Assembly: GCA_964035545.1 (NCBI GenBank)
Contig: OZ037767.1
Coordinates: 25,994,628-26,058,627 of the forward strand
Direction of reading: 5' to 3'
Length of the DNA: 64,000 nt
Source: Bugula neritina
Lineage: Eukaryota; Animalia; Bryozoa
The translations under genes were made by a program, and so were the position numbers. The notes under the pieces were generated by a model. It was not told the origin of the DNA and did not search any database. It saw only the letters and a list, made by a program, of their open reading frames with translations. Positions 42,617 to 55,800 of the stretch are shown piece by piece. Every line of letters begins with the position of its first letter. Position 1 is the stretch's first letter.

Positions 42617-44234
42617 GAGGCAATGACTTTACATGCAGACAAAAGTTAGACCAAATTCCAACATGCATACTTCATGCTGTTGTTCAGAGAAGTTACACAC
42701 AATATATGCTCCCTGTTTTAATAACAGGTGCTGTGCTTTGCTTATATTTTTGTTACGACTTTAAGATATACAAACTATAGCTATACTTTTTGTGGCTAAA
42801 AAATCTTTTACTTTTACATACATCACTACATGTATATGAACATCTACTAGTGCCATTGCTGCATAATATATGATATATTATGAAGTAGTAATATTTTTAT
42901 ACTATTATTTATTTTTGTCAGTAAACTGTTAACATGGAATTAAATGACGTTTTTATCTAAATTTTGATAATATAGTTGAAATGCAAGTGAAAAGAGATCT
43001 CTTTTTATTTGTATTTCATGATCAGGGATTGCATGTGACTGCTTTTACTTTGATTTGGTTGACTGTCTATGAATTATGATGTATTTGTGCAACAAGTAAA
43101 ACAATATAGTATGTTTTTATCAATAAACAATAAGCTAAATCTGCAGGAAAGTTTATAGTTGTATAAATAAATTTATATAATTGTGTTTCAGGGTAATAAA
43201 GGTATATATGCAAAATTGACCAGAATAGAATCTGGCTCTCATTTCAATGAAGAAATATTGACATCAAATAATAACACAACATTAGGAAACCTTGCATGTT
43301 TTTTTAAAATTTTGTTTATATGCAAATTGTACTTGGAGGATATTTTAAAACAAAGTTTATGTTCTAATTGGACAGCTCTTGCTTAACATGTCAATTACAC
43401 ATGTTGATAGGACACAATTTGCTGCTGTTATGACAATGAACATTAACTAATAAATAACCATACTAGTAATTGTCTTCTCTTTGTACGAATATTTTATTAT
43501 ATTACCCACAATATTTTTCTCCTTCTCTCTCTTCTTCTACATACGTAAAACACAACAGTCTTGTAAACTACAGCTCTACTTATTTTATTCTTACATCCAA
43601 CACTTATAATTTAGATGGCATCAGTCTCCAACTCAATAACACACACATAACTCATCATATCAAATAATATCTGTAAATTGTAGTTGATGTTATGAGAATC
43701 TCAATTTGCCAGATAAAATTCTTAAAATTGATTTGCATTTAATTAACATTTAAAAAAAATAAAGACTTTTGGGCCAAATATTGCCAATTGTACAATCATG
43801 GATAAGACACTAAACAAGTAAAATATTAACAAATTCTTAAATGCATTCATCTCACCACCTGCTTTTAATTTAATAAAAAAAGACCTTCATGGCCATGAAA
43901 ACTACATCTTAAAACATGTGAAAATTAAAAAGTTTTCTCATTAATCACCACAAAATAAAAATTGGTGTACAAACTAATAGAAATAATAAAGAAACAACTT
44001 TGAAAATGCACAGAAACAAAAACTGATCATGGTTGATCTGCATTAAAAGCTAAAACTTCTTGTGGAATATTTACAAAAACTAGTATTGGACTTATTGTCA
44101 TTCACCTGACCCAAGCCACATTCTGCTAGTTCACCAAACAGCAGCAGGGTGTGTACTCTTGAACTGCCACTTCCCCTCTGCCACCAGCTAACAGAGATAT
44201 ATTTTACATATTAAAAATATTTTTAAAAAGTACT

Positions 44235-46853
44235 TTATGAGTCAGCTTTGATTTGGTATGTGTTTCTCTTGACTTGATCTTTTAATTTTGTCAGCTTCTT
44301 GTAGCTGGTCACTGTAAAGTTTCCATTCTCAAAGGCATTCTAGGAAACCAATAAATGCATAAAATTAAAAGTAGAGAATTAATTCAGGCAATATCAGTAT
44401 TTCTTAAGGATTTTGCAACATACTTATTGATATAAAGAAAAATGCAAATATTGTATAACTCAACATTAAAATAAATGTGAGTTTCTGAAGTAATCTGCCA
44501 CAAACTTTGAAAGACCGTCCCCTACCCAACTAGAGCAAGATTACACAACTCCCTAAGTAAGAGTTGTCTGTTTTAAAGTCTACTGAAGTTTGAGATTGTC
44601 AAGAATTACACAAATTTGGTGATTTACTTGAGTTTAAGAACTTTAAATATTATACAAATATTTTAATATTTTTGGGACTTGAGTAAAAGTTTATTTATGC
44701 AATTATTGCTAAAAAAAACTTCATTTATATCTGTTTACCAGTTTTGCAGCTCAACATTGTTATATGTTATATAACTGGATCAGCTGGTCATTAAAAAACT
44801 TCAAAGACTATTTAACATTTTCGAACTTTTTGAAACTTATATTATACTTGAAATACTTGTAGTTACACTCCTGAATTATTCAAAAACAATGATAATTATT
44901 TTTTCATATAAAAACTGTGTTTCTATAACTCTAAATTAATGTTGAGTCAAAAGAATGCTTGAAATTAGAAAAACGTACCAAAAATTCTTGGTTAATGCAC
45001 CAGTAACTTCCTCGGCCATGTGGTGAAGGATCTCCCCGTGTAAAACATCCTGAGAGACTCAGGCTATGACGAACACTTGATACAAAAACAAATATAACCT
45101 CTAAGATGAGACAACTCCTAAGAACTGGTTAAAACACATTTCAACATGTGAATAATATATGTTAGATCACCAAAATTAAAATTCATCTACTGTGGTTAAC
45201 TTTATGTTATATATACACCTTAAGTTGCTAAAACTCATGCAGGTAGCAATATATATCAAATAATAGGTAATTGTATACACCTAAATTAATTTTTTTTAAC
45301 CCACTGGCTATATATTTCCAAATTGTTTAATTAATCCAGTTTTCATATTTTATAGGGAAAAGTTGTTAGCACTGTTGAAGTGTGTTGCCTTTTCTCTGAA
45401 GTAAAGTACCGAAACAACTGGTGCAGGTAAAATAAAACATTGGAAAGTAAAAATGTAACATTGTTGGATATTCAATTTTTATTGTATTAACTAATTAGTT
45501 GGCAATAATAATATTATGCCTAACATATAATATATATTACTATATATAATTCATATTATATAATGTATGGTAGTATATATAATTCATAGTATATAATTTC
45601 TATAACTATACCTGTTTCTCCATGACTTGAAGTTGTTTAAATCAAAGCAAGGGTAATGCTTCTTCAAATAATTATAGATTTCTTCGAGTAACATTCTCTT
45701 TTTTTCTGAACTTAAGATGGCCTAAAATATATCAGTTATATCATATTTAAGCCAGCAATTTATACTGGATCTTATTCTTAAACACCAACACACCTATTTT
45801 CATTTTAATACTGAATAGAGACTTTTATCACCTTAAGCATTTGTAAAGCATGAAAAAAAAACATTTAGTTGGTTAAATTTTATATTTTAGTGACACTCAA
45901 ATGCAAGTTTTTTTATTATAATCAAAAATTTTGTTACCACAAAAATCATCCAAATTTTTTACACAATTATTGTGATTGCTTTACTGAGAGTACCATTGCT
46001 ATGAGTTTTATGTAGGGAACTTTTGGCTTTCTTGATTGACCACGAACTTTTTTTGTTCCCTTTCTAGCCTCTGTTGGTTGGAATTCATTTTCCTCAGCAG
46101 GGAGATGGGGAGAGACAAGGGGAGGTGCAGTAGATATCCTTTCAGTATCTAATAGCAGCAAAGATTAGATAAAAACAGAGACTAGCTATGATAGAACATA
46201 ATAAACTTCTCAAATATCTTGAAGGTAAGCTGAGTACAAAATAGATTCACCTGTACTTGATAGCATATACATGCTGTATAGTTGTTACTATCTATTGAAA
46301 CATCAGTGCTATTATTGCTAAGGCAGTGGTGATATAATACTATGACCCGTGTGTCATTGTACAATCTCATACTATGATATAAATATCTGTTTACTGTAGT
46401 AATACTTAATAGCTGTCACAGTAATTAGACCAAGATTCTAAACTATACCAATTATTGACAGTAGTTTGTTAAAGCATTTAATGTTAATTAGAATGAAGTA
46501 ATAAATATCAATAGAATAATATTGTACATCTACGTGAAGCTAAGTTATATTGCTTTACCTTTAATGCTCGACTGGTTGGACAGAGTTGGTTCACCATAAG
46601 ATAAATACTCTGGCTCAAGATTTCTGCTTTCAGTCACATTTAGATATTCACTCCAGCCTTCCATATAGGCATTCTGGTGTTGAGAGTCGAGGCCACTTGG
46701 TTGGTTTGATACAGCGGTTGAAACCGGAGGTGGATAATACCAAGGTGCGGCCATTTGCTGCTGTATGTGCTGGCTGGTATGACTCATTGACATAGAAGGC
46801 TCATTACAAGCATTGTGGGAGTTGTCTGTGTAACTCTCCAGCTTCTCATCCAT
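44235..46853 (-). CDS. Forkhead-box transcription factor, divergent FoxQ2-like (~253 aa)
   Basis: Exons 46559-46853, 45994-46148, 45612-45721, 44979-45075, 44235-44339 (762 nt in frame). Forkhead domain: KPKVPYIKLIAMAILSSEKKRMLLEEIYNYLKKHYPCFDLNNFKSWRNSVRHSLSLSGCFTRGDPSPHGRGSYWCINQEFLNAFENGNF. The Fox call is secure; the subclass is inferred from the SWRNS, LL.EIY and G.G.YW.I motifs. Confidence 0.88.
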
Positions 46854-49819
46854 ACAGTAACCTTGGTTTATTTCACTTCATCAAAAGAAAAGCAAAGTTA
46901 CTCTGTTTGGTTACAAACCTATCATTACTGATACTGATCTCATTGCTAGGTTCTAAAGCTTGCATAGGTGGTATTTGCTAAAACATAAAACTTTTACAAC
47001 TACTATTTACTCTATAAACTATGTAATACCTACACTACATGTTTAATTCTTAATACAACGCAAATAAAAACAAGCAACTACATAAACTTAGCAAACCGCC
47101 ACAGTTTAAAAAACAAAGCTAGTGATCAATTTTATAAAATGCTCTAACTTTTACAAATATCAAAGGGATTGACTTATTCTAACTCAGCATGTCATTGAAG
47201 TGTGATGAATTGGCACAATTGCCTTGTACCTCTTGAAAAGCTTTCTGGGAAAATTAAGTTGTTTGTAGTAATTGAATGTAACAGTTCTGCCTTAACAGCA
47301 AAACTTTGCACAGTTAAATAATTAGGCGTGGTTTTAATTAAAACTGGGGGGAGGGGGGGTTGCTAAGTTTATGTATTTTTATGTAGTTATAAATGGGAAA
47401 ACTTGTAAAGTAAAGATACAAAACAATTGGAAAGTCAAAAGTAAACCCACACCAACCACACAAAGAGGGAAATACTTTATATTGCATATAACCCACATAC
47501 TTTGGGGCAGAAGGTAGTTGCCTTTTAAAACCCAAATCTTCACGATTCTTAGTATCAACGTTGCGGGACGGTGCCACAGGGGTTGAGATGTTGGATAAAA
47601 ATAAGTCCAGGTCATCGCAGGCAACTGAAAAAATATTACAGTATCTGAAAGCCAGTAGTCACAATGCTATAGAAAACAACTCTTATTTGTCTGTATGTAA
47701 CCACAATCTGTTGAAATTGTCTCAAATATCTTATGACCAATATCTATATATACAGTCTCTCTGTATCTTAAGGAGCTATATCTCAAGAAATCCCACAGAT
47801 TAAAGCTTAGACCTTGTTTTGTGACCCAATTTAACAGATTCATGTGTTAAATCTGGTACTCTACTATGTCACTGAATAGATTGGTTTCAGAACACTTAGC
47901 TTAGTGGGATACCGATTTTGTCTTAAAGTCACTTTAGTTGACAACATGGTGCAGAAAGAATTGCTACCAGATGCTACTCTTGGTTTCAGCAAAAGATCTA
48001 TAGCTCTTGTGAACACTGGAGCTGTAAACCTAACACGTATTAGTCGAAGGCTCTTCTAGACCTCACAGGCCCTATGACATAGGGTATACTGGTAATAATT
48101 AACCTGGTTATCATTTATAAACACAAATTACATAAGTTACAATTATTCGTTGAACAAATTAAAGTAAAATATATACATACATATTTCCTCCCATTTTTGT
48201 TTAACTGTTTCAGCATGCCCAGTATAACACCTTGTCCCTGCCATACCACCTGCATACAGATGTACTGATTTTACATATAGTTATAACTCACTTATACACT
48301 CATTAATAATATAAAATCTAAAATAAGAGCTTTATAAAAACCAAAGTTCTAATTAGAATTGCAGTTTGTACCATTGACTTAGTATGCAGTAAATAGCTGT
48401 TTTCTTTCATGAAAACATATGCTTTGAAATAGAAGAGAAATATTAACGCAACAGAGAAGCATACTTATTACAACTACTTACCAAAACTTATTTACAATTA
48501 CGTAGAACTAACCAGAAAAAAACTACCCAGAATGAAACTAACTGCAGCCTACAAATGAGTTTGAAAATGCTTCAATTATTTATATATTTGTTAACTCGAG
48601 CAGCTTTCAAAAGCTGGTAAAAAGCTACAACTTCAAAATATTAGTAATCTGAGCAAAAAGCTGTTTTTTCTGATTGAAAATCTTATAAACGATAAACAGC
48701 AAAAGTGATGCTTGAATGGCAACTACTAGTAGAACTTCAGTTTACCATGTTTGAGAACACAACTTAAAGCAATTGGGTTTCCACGCAACCAAAATTGAAT
48801 GATTACTAAATATTATTTAGAATTACAGGTATTTTATTATGAATGTCTTGCAAATTAAATTAGATAATAATTAATAGAGTATCACAGTGAAGAGTGCAGA
48901 AAAAACATCATAAACAAACATTCAATGAAAATTTCCAACTCAAATAAATTAAAGTTAAATAACAAAAATAGAGATACATTAGGATAAACTGCAGCGTCTG
49001 CTGACACTTCCCTCTATACCATTAGAAAGTTACTTCTCTGTAATCAAAGAGTTATAAGAGGACTGCAAAAATATATTCTAGAATTTGCAACATATTAAAA
49101 AAAACTTAGGTTTAAATGTTTTCTACTTTCATGTTGCAGTTGCTAGGTATTTTTGTCTGATATTATGATATATATTTTTGTATTGCAAGTATATTTATGT
49201 TACTCAGTTACGTTGGGTTAAAAAAGAAATTTAATACTTTCTAATGGTACTAACAAGTTTCGAATGTGCCAGAAGACCTGTAAAACACAATGCGTATATA
49301 CCCGTAAGTTAAATATCGTATCATAATAAAATTAGTGAATATTAAGCCTTTCAAAAAATAAATAATGAAAAATTAATACCAAATAGTGAGCAAGAAAAAC
49401 AACACTGTAAACAAAACTTGTTCTAAATAAAAGACCTACATTTATGGCCACATTAAATATTTTGTTACAGATAGGAGAGGATATCGCCAGTGAATAAATA
49501 ATCAGTTCATCAAAGAGCAACTTATAGAGATAATTTTTGAGTGAAAAATTACTTTTGCTTTAAAAATGGAATATTACTTGCAAATGTTCACCATAGAACA
49601 CACTCAGTTTGATCTTACGTGACATTATTGCAATCAACTTATTCAATGAAATTTCCATTATCTCACATCATTGCAGAAAATAAGTCATGGGAAAATATTT
49701 TTTCTATGTGAAGTCAGAGTATTGCTTTGGAGTCACATACTACTATTTCTTTTATTCACAACAAAATCCTATTCTCTAATGGCACACGTTTGTCTTATAG
49801 ATTTTAGTTTGTGAGTTAC

Positions 49820-52800
49820 TTAGTCGGATTCATCGAGAGGTTTCTCCAGCCCCCCTCCTGCCTCCAACTGTTTGAGGACCAGACGCTTATACACGCCATT
49901 GAAATGGATCAGTTCGTCATGAGTACCTTGCTCTGCTATCACCCCCTTGTCTATCACCACAACCTGTGAAATGCAATCAAGTGTTGAATGAAAAGGCCAA
50001 ACACTTATCATCGTGTCTTACAAATTTGAACTGCACAAGATTGGCAGTTAAACTTTTGATAGCCGTTTATTTAGTTTCACTGTTCTACGAGGTATTTGTA
50101 GAGCAAGTAGCCGAGGATGATATCATGAAGATGTCAAACTAATAAAAAAAAGGTCTACTATTATTTTTTAGACAACATTTAAAATTGTAAATTAGCATTT
50201 AGAAAAACATTGGGCAAGCTGTTTCTGTTGTGAAGCATTGATATTTTAGTGACTTGTAAGTAGCTGAAAGAGGAGCAGCTTTGTATAGGCTGCAGCTATC
50301 AAAACTATCAAAATAGAATACTAGTCAAAATTGTTGGCATTAAGACAACTTGGTTCTACAACATGTCATAGAAAAAGAAGGGGAGTTACTAATACCCACC
50401 TGATCAGCATTCCGTACAGTAGACAACCTGTGGGCTATAATTAGAACTGTCCTGCCCTTCATTGCTCTGTCTATAGCTTGTTGTACAAGTTGCTCACTCT
50501 CAGCATCTAGCGCACTGGTTGCCTAGAAACACATGTATATACAACAATGGAGTGCACTGGTTGCCTAGAAACACATGTATATACAACAATGGAGTGCACT
50601 GGTTGCCTAGAAACACATGTATATACAACAATGGAGTGCACTGGTTGCCTAGAAACACATGTATATACAACAATGGAGTGCACTGGTTGCCTAGAAACAC
50701 ATGTATATACAACAATGGAGTGCACTGGTTGCCTAGAAACACATGTATATACAACAATGAAAGTAGATGATATGAATATATAGTTCCTCAAATAATAAAA
50801 ACTTCTAGACATACTAACAAATATAATGGGTCAACAGATTGACAGGGAATTGTTTCAGTCAACATTTAATAATGATCTGTTCAAATTAATATGAAAATAT
50901 AAACGAGCAGATAATAAAAGCAGAACAGTTTTAAGTAAACAGCTGCATGAGTAAGTAACTTTGAAATGCATTTTTAGTACACATCCAAAGTACTTGTAGT
51001 AAATGCAGGCTGTTGAATAATATAATAAATGGTAGATAAATAATATAATATATGAATATATAATATAAAAAATAAGTAAGCTGTGAGTAAAATAATAAAA
51101 TATAAAATGGGGACTTTGTAGTAGAAGGCAAAGTAATTGTATTCATCATTTCTACTCATAGGTGTTGACACAGCAGCAACAGCAACAGCAGCATAGATAG
51201 AGTACCTCATCCAGTAGAAGAATGGCTGGGTTTGTTATGAGACTTCTAGCAATAGCTACTCTCTGTTTCTGTCCACCAGAGAGACGTACACCTCGCTCTC
51301 CTACCAGAGTGTCATAACCATCAGGAAATTGGGATATGAAGCTGTGAGCATTAGACTGCTTTGCAGCCTCTATGACCTAAAGTCCAGTGTGTATGCATTA
51401 GAGACATATAGTTGGTATACAGTGTTACAATATACAAGTATATATTACCAACTACCTCTACAATAACACTGAAGTCTATGTAAGACAACAGAACAACCTT
51501 AAAGCTAAAAACTTTAGTGTCCCTGGAATTATTAAAACAATTGTATTTATGACAGACTACCTGTTCATCCGTGGCACTAGTACCGTAGGCTATGTTTTCT
51601 CTTATAGAACATGCGAATAGCGTAGGCTCTTGACTAACTAAGGAGATTTTAGTTCTGAACCAAAGTGGATCTAAATTCTTCACATCAATGCCACCTGCAT
51701 AAAGAAAAAACACTTTACATCATAACAATATAATCTCTATGTCACAAGAGAAAAACTTCAACTCGTATGGCAAATGAAGTACTCTAAGCCACATGTAGCT
51801 ATACAAGAGTTGTGTGCTCTTTGTTTGTAAAAATGCATATAATTGTATTGACTATGTGAGTGTGTAGCCTGTTATGCAGCAGCATCAAAGTTTTTTAGCA
51901 CCACGTATAGCACCGCATCACAAAATATGACCAGATGTAAAATCAAAACATGTATGCATTAACAATGACATCGCCAGATGGAAAAAGTGTCTTTAGAAAT
52001 AATTTAACACTATTAAATGGTATCTTTACTACTATGTTATAGTCTGAGTGCAACAACCAAACTAACATGATTTTACTACTAAACTGACCTAACTTGAATA
52101 CTAAACTGACCTAATTTCACTACTAAATAGACTTAATTTCACTACTAAACTGACCTAATTTCACTACTAAACTGACCTAATTTCACTTGTCCTGAATCAC
52201 AGTCATAGAACCTCTCAATAAGAGACACAATGGTGGATTTACCTCCTCCTGAAGGCCCAACCAGAGCTACTACTTTGCCAGGTTGAATACACAAGGAGAC
52301 ACCCTGGAATATAATACTGCAAGTGTATTGTATGTCATACAGTAGTTATTTAATATTGTTATAATAGTTCGGTGAGTAACGGCACCAGTCTTATCTTCGG
52401 TTTCACATTAGGAGTTGTGTGCTCTTGTTATAAATTTACTTACAGCAAAAGATATAACAGCAATAAATAAAAATGCCATTACAAATGGTTACATGTATAG
52501 CAAGGAGAAATATTTTTGGTGAAATAGATAATAACTAGTACAAAATAAGTAGATATATGAAATCTTCAAAACATGTTATTAGATAGTGACTACTCTCCAT
52601 GGTACTAGTTGCTAGTAGTCACTACTAGTCACTATTACTTGCTAGTAGTAACTACTAGTCGCTACTAATCACTACTAGTCGCTACTAGTTACTAATAGTT
52701 GGTAATTACTCACCTTAAGTACTTGATAATCAAGTCTTGATGGATAAGTAAAGAACACATCCTCAAACTCTATCACTGAAAGATACACAGAAAAATAGCA

Positions 52801-55800
52801 TTATGTCATAATCTATGTATACTATTTTCTATAATATTACAATTTATATAATTTATTGTATATATTACAATTTATATTTTATATATCATAGTCTAAAATC
52901 TAAATATACTATTTGTTATATGCCATAATTTACATATTATATTTATATTGTATAAAGTCAATTTACAAAGACAAATATTTCTTTAAGATGATCTTTGTTC
53001 TAAAAGTAATGAAAATGGCGAGAACGGTCCATTAGAAACTCGCCTGTATTATTAAACTACACAAAATACAAATAATATTACTAACGAGGAGAGAAATTGC
53101 TTGGTTCAACACAGTTTTCTTTGTCTGCCACCATCTTGGGCTCCATGTCGAAGATGGTGAACATCCGCTCAGATGCACCGACTGCCTGCAACACAACAAA
53201 AACTGATCTCTTTACGTCTCGGAGTGAAAACAGAGATCTAAGATTCTACTTCATTTTATGTGATTTGTGAGTTACATTCATCTCTCTCAGTAAGCCGACA
53301 TCATTATTTTGTCATCAATGTGCGGTGTTTTGCTATGAGTGACATCGTATACGTTACTTTATCAACTTCATGTAAAAGCAGAGCATATTTTGCTATCCAT
53401 TATTTATCCACTAGGATTATGAAACAACCCGAAATGTAAAAATACAGAAATGAGGATTAGAAATAAGTCATTACACGGCTTGATTCAAACAAATAAAGGT
53501 CACAGAGATCTGTACCTAAAGTGATAAGTTCACACAGACATGTTTTAGATGAAGCAGACACATGACCTCTTTAAAGGGCAAAGTTCACTTTGTCAGCGAG
53601 CTAGATAATACCTGCATGAACTCGCCGTAGAGGGTGGATATAACAGCGAGGAAAGCTGCAATCTGAACCGTGTAGACAAGGAATGAGGTGAGGATACCCA
53701 CAGAGAGATGCCCTTCAAACACCAACTTTCCTCCATACCACATGGCAAGACAAATGGCACCAAATGCAGATATGCTGAGCCAGCCATTAAATAAACCTAC
53801 AATATATTGTATTTCAACACATTATATTTCAACACATTGTATTTCAACACATTGTATTTCAACACATTACATTTCAACACATTGTATTTCAACACATTGT
53901 ATTTCAACACATTATATTTCAACACATTGCATTTCAACACATTGCATTTCAACACATTGCATTTCAACACATTGCATTTCAACACATTGCATTTCAACAC
54001 ATTGCATTTCAACACATTGCATTTCAACACAATGTATTTCAACACATTGTAAATCAGACACTAGCATAGGGCAGCTGAAGATAAATAATATTTCAACAAT
54101 TACAGCACAAACTATAAGCCTTCAAGCCACTACTCTGTGTTGATAAAAATTGAAAAAAATGTTCTCAACAAATTTTACATTTTCATTGCATTGCAATTCA
54201 AGTATAGACTTTTCGCTTTCAAGTAACTTTAGCACACAAGACAAGACAAAAGAGCAGATAACTCCAGCTTGAACCTAACAAATATTGCAAACAGAACAGA
54301 GGTTGGTGCGAGTCATCATGACTAACCTGTGAAAAAAGCAATATTCTTAGCCACGGCGTAGCTCTTCATGATCTCATTCTGATAATCAGAGACGACTTTC
54401 TTCTCCCCGTTAAAGGCTCTAACGGTTCTCATGCTAGAAATACACTCCTCAGCTACAGTGCCAGCGTCTGCTAGTTTATCTTGAAAGTCTTTTCGCATTC
54501 TTTTCATATAATTACCTTAAATCATATCATTTCTTTGCAAATGAGCATAAGAAATTTAATGAATGGTAAAACAGAGTTAAATAAGCGAAGTTATGAGATA
54601 CAAGTACTACAGCATAATAGTTGAGACATCATTGCTCGCTAATAGTTAAGTTGAACTTTTTTTACTTAATAGAAAATAAAAGTGCAAAAGAAATAGAAAA
54701 AATATTTTATATTTGATTTTAGCTAAGAATGCAGTAAAAACTTCTTCACAACGATGAGAAAAAGTGAACACAAGCAAAGTGTTACTTTCATAACATGTCG
54801 TTTCCAAAATTTCTTAATTTTTCAGTGGTAAGGGCACAGAGTGAAGTTTACTACTAAAATCAGGTTTAAAAGAATAAAACTCTGTGCAAGTAAGCTTGTA
54901 ACCAATTGCTTTTTGCGAACATAAAATTACAGCTACGAGTAGATATAAAGAAAAGTGAAAATTCAGTATTGCACAACTTTTTTCTTCTTTAGCTATGCAA
55001 TTTGTTGTTACATATATCACTTAATTTTAGCTGAATTTTTGTCTTTAAAAAGGAGACAACTTCGATTAAAATCAAAATACATTAGTGTAGGAATCTGGTA
55101 AATAGCATATAACACTGTACTAGATTACTAGAGTGGATCAACGAGAAAGGGACATGGTATCAGTTGTATAGTAGACAATACTAACCATACTGCACTGCGC
55201 TGAGAGATATAACAGGAACTACAGACAACAGAATACCAGTCAAGGCAGGATTCAGTACCAACATGACCACCAGGGAGCCAGTAATACCAATTAGATTCCT
55301 GAGTAACATAGATACGTTCACCTGCAGTTATAGACATCCATGTGTGAGCAGCTCATAGAATAAGAGAGAGAACAATAAAAGTAGCAACTATGAGCATAGA
55401 TTAAGGATTTTCAGTGGCATATTTTTTCAGTCATAACATGTGATGGGTACAAACTAGCCGACAGTACATTACCTGACAGTACATTACCTGACAGTACATT
55501 ACCTGACAGTACATTACCTGACAGTACATTACCTGACAGTACATTACCTGACAGTACACTACCTGACAGTACATTACCTGACAGTACATTACCTGACAGT
55601 ACATTACCTGACAGTACACCACCTGACAGTACATTACCTGACAGTGCATTACCTGACAGTACATTACCTGACAGTGCATTACCTGACAGTACATTACCTG
55701 ACAGTACATTACCTGGCAGTACATTACCTGACAGTACATTACCTGACAGTACATTACCTGACAGTACATTACCTGACAGTACACTACCTGACAGTACATT

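Noticed and set aside
50500-50812. CRISPR-like appearance and repetitive ORFs of the 42-bp array
   Set aside because: The units are identical with no unique spacers, there are no cas genes, and it lies in a eukaryotic intron. The ORFs are repeat artefacts.
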